From the IMG/VR virus record IMGVR_UViG_3300020183_000048: 64,000 bases of DNA; one strand, 5' to 3'. This document shows, piece by piece, positions 17,861 through 28,787 of the stretch (position 1 is the stretch's first letter; each line of letters starts with the position of its first letter). Made by a program: the position numbers and the translations under genes. The DNA comes from an uncultured virus (IMG/VR IMGVR_UViG_3300020183_000048). Taxonomy: Duplodnaviria > Heunggongvirae > Uroviricota > Caudoviricetes. The notes beneath the pieces are model-generated. The model made no database searches and had not been told where the DNA came from. It worked only from the letters and a program-made list of their open reading frames with translations.

Positions 17861-19237
17861 TCACATAATGTTCTTAACAGTAACTCTTCTGTAGTAAACG
17901 TTATCGTTTGCAGTAAGAGCACCTGAACGTTGGGTAAGACCACCTGCGAATGGGTTAGCAACCATTCCGTAACGAGTCTTAAATCCAATTTTTGGCTGGA
18001 ATGTATCCTGACCAATGCTACGTACCATCTGGAGAGGTACATATGGGCAATAGAAGAGACCTGCATCATAAGGTGAGGTTCCCTTGTAACCCATTACATA
18101 GTAGTGATCACTAGCAACGTTTGCGGAATATGGATCAACATAAACCTTAATACGTCCGTTGATTGTACCAGCAAGAGTTGATTGAGTGTCATCAGGTACA
18201 GCGTTGGTCTTGCCATTTAGAGGTGAGCTGTAGTCAAGGACACCAGCCATTGCAAGGGCAGAAGCAACATCTGCAGAACAGATGATGAAGTTACCCTTCC
18301 CTCTACGAGTCTGTTGACCGATTGCGTTTGCATCACGCTCGATCTGGAATAGTAGACCCTTGAACTTCTCAACCGACCAACGACCGTTTGAATCAACGTC
18401 AAGGTCAAACTGACCAGCGACTGCGGTGTTGTTCTGAGCACCAGGCTTAGCAGTTACATAGATAGTACGAACTACTTCGCGGTTGATTTCGGCAAGAACT
18501 TCCGAACTTAGGATATTTGCAAGTTCGGTTTCAGCATCAAGACCATGAATTGCCTTGAGGTCTTGTGCGAGTTCTAGTGAATACTCAGCCTTTAGAGCAC
18601 GTGACTTTGCAGTTACGGTTACTTTCTCGATCGAGAATGACATTTCACGGAACTCAGTACCACTTTCTCCGAGAGATTCGGAGGCAGCAGTGGTCATACC
18701 ACCAACTGCAGCGTAGGCACCAGCTGACGCGCCAGCGTCTGGGTTTAAAACTGAAGGATTAGTTGCAGTTTCACCAGCTGCTGAAGAATAAGCACCACCC
18801 GCAGCTGTACGACCAGTTAGTGACTCATTGTAGAATACTTCCTTGTCGAATACGTTTGGTGTTGCACCATCACCATCGCGGTCGGAACCGAAGTGTGAAC
18901 GCATTGCAAAGATTAGTCCAGTAGGACCACTCATTGGCTGAACACCGCAGATGTCATAAGCGATTAGCTTAGGCATCGAACGACGGATGAGTGAAATTAG
19001 AACTGGATCGAAACCTGCAACTGGACCAGCTGCAGCTGCTGAACCTGTGAAACCACCAGCACCTGCGGAGTTGGTTGGAGCTTCAGTTAGAAGACCACGC
19101 TCTTCGCGGAGGAACTTTTCTTGGTTCTCTAGTAGAACTGCTGTTACTGCTTTTCTGTGTGGATCTGAAATTGACTCGAGCTCTGGATGCTCAAGAATAG
19201 GCTTCCACTTTTCTTGAGATTGTTCTGAATTAAACAT
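17861..19237 (-). CDS. gp23: major capsid protein
   Basis: DPVLISLIRR, GVQPMSGPTGLIFAMR, KSRALKAEYSLELAQDLKAIHGLDAE, FQPKIGFKTRYG. Confidence 0.99.
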   Translation of the reverse strand: MFNSEQSQEKWKPILEHPELESISDPHRKAVTAVLLENQEKFLREERGLLTEAPTNSAGAGGFTGSAAAAGPVAGFDPVLISLIRRSMPKLIAYDICGVQPMSGPTGLIFAMRSHFGSDRDGDGATPNVFDKEVFYNESLTGRTAAGGAYSSAAGETATNPSVLNPDAGASAGAYAAVGGMTTAASESLGESGTEFREMSFSIEKVTVTAKSRALKAEYSLELAQDLKAIHGLDAETELANILSSEVLAEINREVVRTIYVTAKPGAQNNTAVAGQFDLDVDSNGRWSVEKFKGLLFQIERDANAIGQQTRRGKGNFIICSADVASALAMAGVLDYSSPLNGKTNAVPDDTQSTLAGTINGRIKVYVDPYSANVASDHYYVMGYKGTSPYDAGLFYCPYVPLQMVRSIGQDTFQPKIGFKTRYGMVANPFAGGLTQRSGALTANDNVYYRRVTVKNIM

Positions 19238-19271
19238 TTTTAACTCCGTTGATTTTATTTAATCTGTTAAT

Positions 19272-19279
19272 TATTTATA
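19272..19279 (-). promoter_or_regulatory. T4-type late promoter TATAAATA
   Basis: Exact consensus 35 nt upstream of gp23; NATAAATA or CTAAATA variants also near 17806, 20415, 22991, 26861, 30258, 33785, 40660 and 42266. Confidence 0.85.
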
Positions 19280-19294
19280 ATAAAGTTGTTTCAA

Positions 19295-20380
19295 TCAAGA
19301 CCATCTTGAGATCGCCGCAGCGTATGCTGCCATTGGACCCTCTAGATTTTCCTGCGCGGAATAATTTTCCGTTAATTCTTCGAATGAAGCTTTAACACGA
19401 GCTGTTGGAAAATATGATTCCTTGAGAGTGTTAATTTTCTCTCTATAATTTTCTTCACTCTCAAACTCAACAGATTCAGCTAGAGCAAAAAGTTTTTCAG
19501 ATTGAGTGTTTGCTAGATTAGCAGATGCTTCCACGATAATTCCATTCTTGATATAATCCTTAACTGATTTGTTAAGTTCAGCATTAATTTCAATCTGTTC
19601 GTTGAGTTTAGTTTCCATCTCATCAATTACTTCTGCCATGTCAGAAAGAACATCATATCTTTCTTGTGGCATTTCAATATATGACTCTTTGAAGAGGTTC
19701 TTGAGTCCTTCAATGAACTCTTCAGTGAGTTCATTGCGGATACCTTGATCAATAGCTAATTGATTTTCGGCAACCCACTGTTCGGTAACATAATCTAAAT
19801 GAGTATCAATCTTTTCTTCAAACAGTTCTGCAATTTCTACAACTTCTTCAACTAGTCTTTCTTCGTAGTATGAATCTACACTTTGAAGAATTTCAAAAAC
19901 TTTGTCACGTACTGCTGCTTCAAAAATTACAGCAGCCTTACTCGCAAAATCTTCCGAAAGTTCTTCACCTTCAATGAGTGCAGATACGTGCTCTTCTACA
20001 TCAACTTCAATATCCTCTTTCTTTAGTTTCTTAAGAGGAGACTCTTTCTTACCTTTTGTATTACCCGTATCACAACCTTCTTCTTCTGAGATTTCCTCTA
20101 GATCTTCATCTTCAGTCTCTTCTGCAACTTTGTTCAGATGTGGCATTGCATCCGCAGGCTTTGCACCAGCGTTTACTTTACTCGAAGACTTAGATACTTT
20201 TGAAGCAGCACTCTTACCAATAGAAGCGGTTTCGTGTGGTTTTACAACAGGACCGCCTAGGTCTTCAGCACTACCACTTTGACCAGGGGTGCTTCCGTCG
20301 ATGTGATCCGCTTTTTCTCCAGGTTTTGCATGAGCAGTTACTTGCTGTTCATGCAAAATACTTTCCTCATATTTTGACAT
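19295..20380 (-). CDS. gp22: prohead core scaffold
   Basis: ELSEDFASKAAVIFEAAV, YVTEQW, LKESYF; acidic; synteny. Confidence 0.92.
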   Translation of the reverse strand: MSKYEESILHEQQVTAHAKPGEKADHIDGSTPGQSGSAEDLGGPVVKPHETASIGKSAASKVSKSSSKVNAGAKPADAMPHLNKVAEETEDEDLEEISEEEGCDTGNTKGKKESPLKKLKKEDIEVDVEEHVSALIEGEELSEDFASKAAVIFEAAVRDKVFEILQSVDSYYEERLVEEVVEIAELFEEKIDTHLDYVTEQWVAENQLAIDQGIRNELTEEFIEGLKNLFKESYIEMPQERYDVLSDMAEVIDEMETKLNEQIEINAELNKSVKDYIKNGIIVEASANLANTQSEKLFALAESVEFESEENYREKINTLKESYFPTARVKASFEELTENYSAQENLEGPMAAYAAAISRWS

Positions 20381-20426
20381 GTGAAAAACTCCCTATTTAT
20401 GTTTTTTCTAATAATATTTATCTAAT

Positions 20427-21071
20427 TTATAAATTAGACAAGAAATGTTTAAATACTTGAAGTTTTTGTTCCTCAAGTTGTTTTACTGGTGAATTCTTGA
20501 TAGATTTAAAATATCTATCAATAGTTTGTTCTTTTAGGATACCATTATCCCAAACCCATTCTTTCCCTTCCATAATACCTCTTACGAAGGCATCAGGTGC
20601 GGAAGGATCTGCAACAATATCTGCAGCAGTAGATAACATAAAGTCATCTTTAACTACATTAAATCCATTATGTTGTTCAATTGATCCCATACCACGGGAT
20701 GATACTCCTAGTTTAACTCCATCATCCAGAAGATTTTTTGCAATTTTTCCCATCGGAGTTTCAAGAATTTTTGCTCTACCCACAAAATTTTTATCTTCTG
20801 GGTAAAGTTTTACAATTTTATGTGAAACTCTATCAAGATTGATAGAAGGTCCTTCTGGATGACCAAGTTCACCTAGAGCTCTATCTTGAGAAATATAATT
20901 TTCATTATACTTCATAACTTCCCTTTCTAAGATATTGAAAGGATATACTCTATTGTTCCTATTGGTAATATCAGACTGTAGAAATACACCTTCAATGAAG
21001 TATGATTTCTTACCTTCTTTTTCTTCTACCAATACTTTAACTTCTTCTATCTGTTCTGTAATAAGTTTCAT
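20427..21071 (-). CDS. gp21: prohead protease
   Basis: NRNNRVYP, ALGELGHP, GVSSRGMGS, DIVADPSAPDA. Confidence 0.97.
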   Translation of the reverse strand: MKLITEQIEEVKVLVEEKEGKKSYFIEGVFLQSDITNRNNRVYPFNILEREVMKYNENYISQDRALGELGHPEGPSINLDRVSHKIVKLYPEDKNFVGRAKILETPMGKIAKNLLDDGVKLGVSSRGMGSIEQHNGFNVVKDDFMLSTAADIVADPSAPDAFVRGIMEGKEWVWDNGILKEQTIDRYFKSIKNSPVKQLEEQKLQVFKHFLSNL

Positions 21072-21077
21072 TTTAGT

Positions 21078-21287
21078 TTATTCCTCTTCTGAAGATTCTT
21101 CATACTCAAATTCTTCTTCAGAAGTTTCTTCTTCCGAAGATTTGGAGTTGAATAGTGAAGCACCAATATCAACTTTTCTTGATTGAATATAATCATTTGC
21201 TCTATCAACTAAAGCAGTATTAATTAATTCGGATGCAGTAATGTGGTCATTATCAACCAAACTTTGGATAATATCTTTTGTAGACAT
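21078..21287 (-). CDS. small acidic prohead core protein (gp67/68-like position)
   Basis: Between gp20 and gp21; acidic C-terminus. Confidence 0.65.
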   Translation of the reverse strand: MSTKDIIQSLVDNDHITASELINTALVDRANDYIQSRKVDIGASLFNSKSSEEETSEEEFEYEESSEEE

Positions 21288-21307
21288 AGTATAAACTCCT
21301 ATTTAAT

Positions 21308-21315
21308 TATTTATA
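21308..21315 (-). promoter_or_regulatory. T4-type late promoter TATAAATA
   Basis: Exact consensus overlapping the gp20 stop codon. Confidence 0.75.
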
Positions 21316-22963
21316 TATATCCCTTTTCATAATCCTCAGGACTCATGAAATTAGAGAAATTTTGATCTAATTGTGAATCTGGTTGCGGAGCACCACCCAT
21401 TGCGTTTGGATCTTGCATACTTGGATCATCACCCCCCGCAGCAGGATCCATCATTGCATTTGGATCTTGAATGATACCCAATTGTTTTTCCGAATCTATT
21501 TGTAAATCAATCTCTTCAATTTCCTTATCAGTTTGTTGAAGAATTTGTTTGCGAACATATTCAACAGAAAAATATTTGCCAATAAATGGTTCAATCATAT
21601 TGACTAAATTCATTCTATTTGTCAAAAGTTCGGAATCTTTTAATTCAGCAAAATGATTGTCAAAGATATAATCATATTGAATATTTTCTTGCATATCTTC
21701 CCAGTCTTCAAGAGTAATAATACCCTTAAGGACTAATTGAGTTTTTAAAATATCATCAAATACTTCACTGAATTTTTTTCTTAATCTTCCGATAAACTTA
21801 GTAAATTTAACTTCGTCTCTAGAAATTTCTGAACTTCTTCCAATATTAAAAGTTGTATCCGATTCTAATCTAGATACTGGAATGTTTAAAGCTTGATATA
21901 ATTTTTTTTGAAAATATTTAATATCTTCTAACTCTCCAAGATTTTGACCACCAGGAAGTGTAGTAATTTCTGTTCCTCTTCCACCTTCTCTACGTGGTAA
22001 CCAGAAATCTTCAAGCATACTCATGTGCTTTCTGTCATCACGAATTTCACCTGTTGCTGAATCATACACAAGTTTATTTCTATAACGATTCATTACCTCG
22101 CGGAGATATTGTTCTGCTTTGATCTTAGGAAGATTACCTACGTCAATATAGAAAATTCTTCTTTCTGGCGCGCGGGACAAACGATAGATAACCAGTGAGT
22201 CCTCAATCATTCTCAACTGGTTAATTGATTTGATTGCTTTATGTAGATAACTGAGTGTCAAATTACGATTATAATCCATCAAACCAGATGGAACAAATGT
22301 AATTGCATCAGGTGCAATTTTTACACCTTGTCCACTGAAACCTTGATATCCCTGTTGAGAATAAATGTAATATTCAATAAAATCTCCATAATCATATTTT
22401 GCTGGTTCTGTTCCTCCAGGACCAGGTGATGCCATATATTCTTCTTTCTTTTTTTTCTCTCTTACTTTTTTAATTCTCAAAGGATCAATAAATCTTAACT
22501 CCTTGATGCCGTCCTTTGGTTTGTCGAGGTCAATAATTTTATGATAATTAATTCTTCCATCAATATACCACCTTCTAAAAATTTGATGACAACGCTTGTC
22601 AAATTTTAAGAGTTTGAGAATGTTGTCAAACTCTTCTCTAATTTTTGTTTTGATTGAATCGCTTGCGTCTAGATTTGATAATTCTACAGCTACAGGTGAA
22701 AAATCTAAATCTGATGCAATAGCTTCATTTACAATATCATCAATTGCTGTATCCACTTCTGGGTGAAGTGAAATCTCACGATATTTTTTAATCAAATCAA
22801 ATTCGTTTTTCGCTACTCCTTCAATATCCAAATAGTGACCAAAATAGCCGCCAACGGATATAGTAGATACTGAGTCATCGTCGGAGGGAGGTGCAGGGGA
22901 GATTTCTCTCCCCTTTACTTTCTTCTTACGATCATCAATTGAAAAACCAAATAGTTCTGCCAT
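21311..22963 (-). CDS. gp20: portal vertex protein
   Basis: YRLSRAPERRIFYIDVGNLPK, MLEDFWLPRREGGRGTEI. Confidence 0.98.
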   Translation of the reverse strand: MAELFGFSIDDRKKKVKGREISPAPPSDDDSVSTISVGGYFGHYLDIEGVAKNEFDLIKKYREISLHPEVDTAIDDIVNEAIASDLDFSPVAVELSNLDASDSIKTKIREEFDNILKLLKFDKRCHQIFRRWYIDGRINYHKIIDLDKPKDGIKELRFIDPLRIKKVREKKKKEEYMASPGPGGTEPAKYDYGDFIEYYIYSQQGYQGFSGQGVKIAPDAITFVPSGLMDYNRNLTLSYLHKAIKSINQLRMIEDSLVIYRLSRAPERRIFYIDVGNLPKIKAEQYLREVMNRYRNKLVYDSATGEIRDDRKHMSMLEDFWLPRREGGRGTEITTLPGGQNLGELEDIKYFQKKLYQALNIPVSRLESDTTFNIGRSSEISRDEVKFTKFIGRLRKKFSEVFDDILKTQLVLKGIITLEDWEDMQENIQYDYIFDNHFAELKDSELLTNRMNLVNMIEPFIGKYFSVEYVRKQILQQTDKEIEEIDLQIDSEKQLGIIQDPNAMMDPAAGGDDPSMQDPNAMGGAPQPDSQLDQNFSNFMSPEDYEKGYI

Positions 22964-22997
22964 TCTAAATTTTGTATTTACTTACCTTCCTATTTAG

Positions 22998-23642
22998 TTA
23001 TGCATTTCCAGTTGGACTTACGATTTCGAAGAACTGATATTGGAATTCAACGGTGAATTCTTCTACCTGATCATTGCTGTCGTAAGCAACATCAATCGAG
23101 GAGACTGATGAAGGCCATGCATTGAAGAACTTATATCTTCTTGTTTTGAGCATCGTTGAGTCATTGCCTGTTGCATCGACATATCCATTTGCATTTTGTC
23201 TCTGTGGTGAAACACCATCTCTACCTAACTGGGTGATTGTGAAATCTTGGCAATATGCAAGACCAGTACCACCAGCAGCAGTATATGCTAATTGTGATAC
23301 GTTTTCAGTTAAGGCGTTGATTCCTTTGTTCCAAGCCTCAAATGCTTTTCTTAGTTTGAAATCGCCATCATTAACGACGGTTACAGTCCAAGGTTCAAAA
23401 GTTCTGTCTCCAGCAACTTTTAGCATTCTTCCTCTGAAAGGAACTTCAATAACACCCATGTTATATGCTGGTAATTGTGCAGACTTTACAAGGAAAGATG
23501 CTTGACCAGTTAGTTCTTGTTGTGTCGAAACACCGTTCTCAATGGTTGTTAATGATGGAAAATTAAGATTAATTGAGAACAGATTTGGACGGGCACCGCC
23601 CTTTATAAGGGCGGTTTTGAAATCCATTAAACCTCTTGCCAT
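22998..23642 (-). CDS. gp19: tail tube protein
   Basis: GGARPNLF, VPFRGRMLKVAGDRTFEPW, EEFTVEF. Confidence 0.96.
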   Translation of the reverse strand: MARGLMDFKTALIKGGARPNLFSINLNFPSLTTIENGVSTQQELTGQASFLVKSAQLPAYNMGVIEVPFRGRMLKVAGDRTFEPWTVTVVNDGDFKLRKAFEAWNKGINALTENVSQLAYTAAGGTGLAYCQDFTITQLGRDGVSPQRQNANGYVDATGNDSTMLKTRRYKFFNAWPSSVSSIDVAYDSNDQVEEFTVEFQYQFFEIVSPTGNA

Positions 23643-23677
23643 TGTTGGTATCTCCGAGAATGTTTACAGAAAAATTA

Positions 23678-26600
23678 TTAAACGGTTACTTCACTAAACG
23701 AAACTCCAGTCCTCGTCGCAACAAAGGTCAGAGTGATGAAGTTGATAGAACGACTTGGTTTGATGTAAATATCAGCATTAAACTCATTTGAATCAATCAC
23801 ATCTGGTGTATTATTTGTACCATCACAAACAACTAAGAACTCTTGAACACCTCTTCTTGCTTGAACATCACGAAGGTATGGTTCAATCATGTTGACAAAG
23901 GTGTTTCTTGTAATTTCATCGTTGATTTCAAATAGCTGATACTTAGCAAGTCTCGAAATAACTTTCTGAAGTTCTACGAACAGTCTTCTTACGTTAATTC
24001 TATCAAATGCACTTGGAACACCAAGGGCAGTTTTATCACCAAATAGAACTGTTCCTTGACCTGGGAACGTTACGATAGGATTAATTCTTCTTACATAGAG
24101 GTCATCTCTATCCGATTTTCTTGGGTTGTAAGCTAACTTGATGCAGTTTTTAATTGCACCTCGGGTGAAACCAGCTGGTGAGAACCAAGTTTCTGCATTT
24201 AACGTTGAGTTAACACATAGACCAGCCATGTCTGCGGCACAAGGAACATAACGGTAGATATTGTTATATCTGTCGTAGATGTACTTATATCCAGAGTCAA
24301 AAGCTGCAAATGATGTACTTGGCAGAGTTTCGAAGAACTCAATAATTTCAAACGTCTTTTCTGAGTTAGGAAGATTAGATAGTGCAGATGTTCTTAATGG
24401 AGAAATAAAGGCAAGACAATCTCTTCTTGATTCTGCAACTTCAATGAGTTTATTAGCTCTATCGAAACTAATTGAACCAGGAATGAGATAGTCAATATCT
24501 TCTACATCTTCTGGATCTGCTACTAATTGATAAGCATTTGTAATTGCATTTTCAACTATATCTCTCTTAACAGCAAATGGATAATCTTTACCACTACCAA
24601 AAACAAATTTTAAAGCTGATGAACCTCCAGAAGTTCTGATAACATCAAACAGTGAATTTGATACGGAATCATTGATATTTCTCTGTACAAATGCAGTACC
24701 AGGAGGAACGGTGAGATTTAATCCTTGTGTTGGATAGAAATCATCTCCACCATAAATGTAGTTTGACTTTTGTTCAATTACTTTCTTCCAGAATGTAACA
24801 TCTCCATCAGTAGTTTTTGCATCAGTTGCTTTCGAGACATATAGGAATTTTTCAATTACTGTATAAGGAGTTCCTGTAATCTTTCCAGTTCTGTCAACAA
24901 CAATGATGTGCATTTGGTCAAATAAACCACCACGTGACCTTGCGTAATCTGAAGTTCCTGGCTGAGGAGCAATTGCAGACCATCTTAGCTTTGGACCATA
25001 TGATCTAGTTGCATAGTAATCTTGAATACCTACAACTTTACCTAAGTAAACGTTACCATCTGCATCATAAAGATCATCATTGATCTTAAACTTTCTGTTT
25101 GGATTTCTTAGAGTTACAGTCATGGTATCGTAACCAATGTCATAAACCCAAGCTTGAACCGAAGAATTTACAGCAGTTCCAACTTTAACGATATCTCCTA
25201 AATCACCATCAAATTGTGAAATTACATATGATGGGAATTTTTCGGTCGTAGTTGTCACTGTTGCTGATGCAGCAAAGATTACAAGAGTTGCAGTAACAGT
25301 TACGTTTGATTCTCCTGTTCTTACTGTTGAATCAAACTTTCTATTTGCAGTACCAAGTTGTCCTCTTTGTACTTCTACTGTTTTGGTTTCAGTATCAATA
25401 CCTAAGATTTTTACATACTCATGTTGAGTATTTGTACCATTATTTTTTCTTTCTAGGATTAAGAATGATCCAACAGTAAATGTCGTTGGAACAGCCTCAT
25501 TGAAAGTGAAATAAACCTCATTTAGATCAAATGGATTTTCTGCAGTATTGTTCATGGTTACTACATCTGCAGAATCTGAAGAAGTAGTTAAGTTCCACTT
25601 AGTTACGGTAGTTCCAGCATTAAATCTAGCAACTTCTGTTGATCCAAGAGCAGCCCTTGATACAGTAAGAGTTGTTCCAACTATATCAGTAATTCTCAAA
25701 TACTCGGTATTGAGTCTGATGAAATTACCAGTTGCAAGACCAGTCGCAGAAGCAACTTGTATAGTCCTGTCATTAATCTGAGTATATGCAGGATATGGTG
25801 AAGTTAGTTTTGTCTTAACTGAAGTTGCAACAAAATCAATAAGGATTAGTTTAATTTCAACGTTTGTTTCTCCAGCTCCAGCAGTTGCACTAAAATTACC
25901 TGCGGTTGTTCCAAGTGCAGCTCGCGATACTTTTACTGTATTTGTATCAGTATCAAGAGAAATAATTCGTACATATTCAAAAGTTGTTGTTCCACCAGTT
26001 GCAGTTCTCTTTAGTTTGAGATAATCATTTACATCCCACTCAGTAGGAATTAACCCAGAAATAGTGATGTACTGTTCGGTTGTAGAAACTACAGCTTCAC
26101 TTACAGACATTGTGTTATAAGTTTCTGGATTCTCTGCAAGAGTCCACTTGACGAGATCTAGATCATTTGCTTTGTACTTTGCAGTTGAAGCAGTTCCTAG
26201 AGAACCTCTAGATACAGGAATGTTTGCAGGATTGGTTTTGTTTAATGAAGTTGCATTAATTGTACCAACTGTTAAATACTCTTTTCCAATTCTTAGAAGG
26301 TCTCCAGTTGCAAGATTTGCAACAAAGTTTGTACTGTTGTTTACTTGAATAGAAGTAGTAACGGGTGTTACGCCTTCGATGGTTAGAATTTGATCAGCAC
26401 CATGATCAATTACATGAACTTCCAATCCATTACTTTCTGCACCAGCACTTCTGGCAGCAAAGTAGTAAGGTGTTGAATTAGCGTTTTGATAATCTTCAAG
26501 AGTGCTAATGATTACATTTGGATTTGAACCACTTAACGATGAGTTAGCATTTCTGATATCGGTTTCTAAATCATTTGGTCTGATAACTGCAACTACACCG

Positions 26601-26824
26601 CCGTAAGCGATTACAGCTGCTGCAGAAAACCATGATTCGAAATTATTGTCGTCTGGTTCGCCGAAAACTTCTACCAATTCTCTTTCTGACCTGACGTATG
26701 TTACTTTATTGACAGGACCTCTTCTTGCTGCAATAACAACACAAGCAATTTGCTGATCTGATGTTGTTAGGGAAGTAGTCTTATCAATCTCTCTAATTGT
26801 TACCCCTGGTGAAGCAAATGACAT
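23678..26824 (-). CDS. gp18: tail sheath protein with large repeat insertion
   Basis: SPGVTIREID, WFSPAG, GDKT, FDRINVRRLF, IKPSRSINFITL. Confidence 0.96.
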   Translation of the reverse strand: MSFASPGVTIREIDKTTSLTTSDQQIACVVIAARRGPVNKVTYVRSERELVEVFGEPDDNNFESWFSAAAVIAYGGVVAVIRPNDLETDIRNANSSLSGSNPNVIISTLEDYQNANSTPYYFAARSAGAESNGLEVHVIDHGADQILTIEGVTPVTTSIQVNNSTNFVANLATGDLLRIGKEYLTVGTINATSLNKTNPANIPVSRGSLGTASTAKYKANDLDLVKWTLAENPETYNTMSVSEAVVSTTEQYITISGLIPTEWDVNDYLKLKRTATGGTTTFEYVRIISLDTDTNTVKVSRAALGTTAGNFSATAGAGETNVEIKLILIDFVATSVKTKLTSPYPAYTQINDRTIQVASATGLATGNFIRLNTEYLRITDIVGTTLTVSRAALGSTEVARFNAGTTVTKWNLTTSSDSADVVTMNNTAENPFDLNEVYFTFNEAVPTTFTVGSFLILERKNNGTNTQHEYVKILGIDTETKTVEVQRGQLGTANRKFDSTVRTGESNVTVTATLVIFAASATVTTTTEKFPSYVISQFDGDLGDIVKVGTAVNSSVQAWVYDIGYDTMTVTLRNPNRKFKINDDLYDADGNVYLGKVVGIQDYYATRSYGPKLRWSAIAPQPGTSDYARSRGGLFDQMHIIVVDRTGKITGTPYTVIEKFLYVSKATDAKTTDGDVTFWKKVIEQKSNYIYGGDDFYPTQGLNLTVPPGTAFVQRNINDSVSNSLFDVIRTSGGSSALKFVFGSGKDYPFAVKRDIVENAITNAYQLVADPEDVEDIDYLIPGSISFDRANKLIEVAESRRDCLAFISPLRTSALSNLPNSEKTFEIIEFFETLPSTSFAAFDSGYKYIYDRYNNIYRYVPCAADMAGLCVNSTLNAETWFSPAGFTRGAIKNCIKLAYNPRKSDRDDLYVRRINPIVTFPGQGTVLFGDKTALGVPSAFDRINVRRLFVELQKVISRLAKYQLFEINDEITRNTFVNMIEPYLRDVQARRGVQEFLVVCDGTNNTPDVIDSNEFNADIYIKPSRSINFITLTFVATRTGVSFSEVTV

Positions 26825-26907
26825 TTGTATACCTTCCTTGAGATTAATTTTCTCTACTATTATTTATTATTTTTGGTTTTTAAATTGGGGAAACGATGCA
26901 TGAACAC

Positions 26908-27138
26908 TTACCAATCTGGATATTCCCAGAATGTATTGGAATCTTTTCTTTTTCTACTTTTAATTATTCGTTTCACAGTACATGTTTTACATTCATATGA
27001 ATATGAAGAACTTAGATTATATCTATTCTTTCTAGTTCTATAAAATCCATCAATTAAATCTTTTACTTCACCACAAGTTCTGCATTTTCTTTCAGTAAGA
27101 AATAAGTGTTCAACTGCAAAAGATTCTTCTATATCCAT
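26908..27138 (-). CDS. small Zn-finger protein
   Basis: CRTC...CKTC; TAATG coupling to the gp17 stop. Confidence 0.7.
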   Translation of the reverse strand: MDIEESFAVEHLFLTERKCRTCGEVKDLIDGFYRTRKNRYNLSSSYSYECKTCTVKRIIKSRKRKDSNTFWEYPDW

Positions 27139-28787
27139 TACCTGTACTCCCACATAAATGATCTATCACCATATTCATCAACAAACCATCGTTCTCCAGT
27201 AGTATCTATAAAAGAACTTTCTTCTGTGCCATCTAATATAAATCCGAAAGGTGACATATCTTGTTCTATTGCATTTTTTTGTTCTTCATAGATTCTTTTT
27301 CTAATATCATTGGAAGTCATTTCTTTGAAGTATGGTTGCATTACCATCCAAGCAAATAAAACAAGACACATAACCAAATCATCATGACATCCTTCTTCTG
27401 CTTCAAATGATTTATTTCTTTGAATAAATGTCGTTAACTCACTATAAATGTCATAATCGGCAATTATTAACTTATCATCCTCAATCATTGTTTTTAGGTT
27501 AGAACATCCTGTTTTTTTAACTGCCGCAGTAGTTCTCACACCCAAATAAGCTTTATGGGAGAAACCAGTTCCAAGTATCTGACCAGCTCTACCTCTCATT
27601 GCACACATGAGAATGTTATCATACTCCAAATCATAATGAAGAATATCTGCAACTTGGGCACCAATATCATTTACCTCAATTAAACAATATGCTCTATTAT
27701 ATCCCTTTGCAACTTGTTCAATAATTGAGGGGAATAACATTGGTTTAATTTCGTTGTTTTTATATTTTGCAACAACCTTATAAGGAATAGTAGTGATGTC
27801 AAATACAACAAAAGCGGAATAATCATTGTTGATTCCACGGGATACATCGACAGTTAAAATATACTCATGTCCTTCTTTTGATTCTTCATATACACTTAGA
27901 CCAGAGTTATAAACTACTGGATCTTCATAAACCATATTTTTTAGTTTTGAAGAACTGATCAGAGTATCAACAGAACCAAGAAATTCACACTCAAATTCTT
28001 GAATAAACTGTCTTTCTGATGTGTTTGCAATAGTCTGTCTTTTCCATTCCTCATCTCTACCAGGAACTTGAGACCAATGTACTTCGGTTGTTACATATTC
28101 ATTCTTCTTTCTTTGTGCATCATGCCAAAGTTTATAGAACATGTTCATCCCGTTTGGAGTTGAGATGATAATAACTTTGGTTGATTTACCAGATGAAATA
28201 GTAGGATATACAGAACTAAAAAACTGTTCTGCAATATGTGTAGGAATAAACGCAAATTCGTCCAGAAAGATGATGTTAAATGACATCCCTCGGACAGCAG
28301 AACTAGATGTTGAGTTTGCAGAAATTTTAGAACCATTCTCAAGTTCCAGTGAACCTTTGTTCCAAGAAATGATTCCCATCTGCAACCAGGGTGGGAGATT
28401 TTCATATGCTAACTGAAGTCTCTGCAATAGTTCCATTGCAGTTTTAGATTTATTAGCAAGAATAGCAATATTTACATTATCATTAAAGACAGCATAATGT
28501 AACAGATAAGAAATAACCGTTGTCGATTTTCCAGTCTGTCTAGGTAGTTTTGCAATATTAAATCTATTGTTATGAAATTTTTCTAGAAGATCTTTCTGAA
28601 AATCATACATTTCAAAAGGAACTAAACCTTCATCAAGAGAAACAATTTTAATATAATTTACAGAAAAATAAACAGGATCCTCTTTACATTTAAGAAATTC
28701 CTGAATCTGTTCTTGAGTATATTGTATTTGAACGTTTGCTTTCTTTAAGTTTGGATTACCAAGATAAATGTCATTCTTATTAATCAT
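27138..28787 (-). CDS. gp17: terminase large subunit
   Basis: PRQTGKST, IFLDEFAF, STPNG, HDDLVM. Confidence 0.98.
   Translation of the reverse strand: MINKNDIYLGNPNLKKANVQIQYTQEQIQEFLKCKEDPVYFSVNYIKIVSLDEGLVPFEMYDFQKDLLEKFHNNRFNIAKLPRQTGKSTTVISYLLHYAVFNDNVNIAILANKSKTAMELLQRLQLAYENLPPWLQMGIISWNKGSLELENGSKISANSTSSSAVRGMSFNIIFLDEFAFIPTHIAEQFFSSVYPTISSGKSTKVIIISTPNGMNMFYKLWHDAQRKKNEYVTTEVHWSQVPGRDEEWKRQTIANTSERQFIQEFECEFLGSVDTLISSSKLKNMVYEDPVVYNSGLSVYEESKEGHEYILTVDVSRGINNDYSAFVVFDITTIPYKVVAKYKNNEIKPMLFPSIIEQVAKGYNRAYCLIEVNDIGAQVADILHYDLEYDNILMCAMRGRAGQILGTGFSHKAYLGVRTTAAVKKTGCSNLKTMIEDDKLIIADYDIYSELTTFIQRNKSFEAEEGCHDDLVMCLVLFAWMVMQPYFKEMTSNDIRKRIYEEQKNAIEQDMSPFGFILDGTEESSFIDTTGERWFVDEYGDRSFMWEYR

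Noticed and set aside
17809..18069. Alternative-frame ORF overlapping the gp23 3' end as a frameshift extension
   Set aside because: It runs through the terminator hairpin, I saw no slippery site, and the product is unrecognisable
26908..27138. Homing endonuclease next to terminase
   Set aside because: Only a CxxC...CxxC zinc finger is present, with no HNH, GIY-YIG or EndoVII catalytic domain; gp17, gp20 and gp23 are uninterrupted (no intron or intein)
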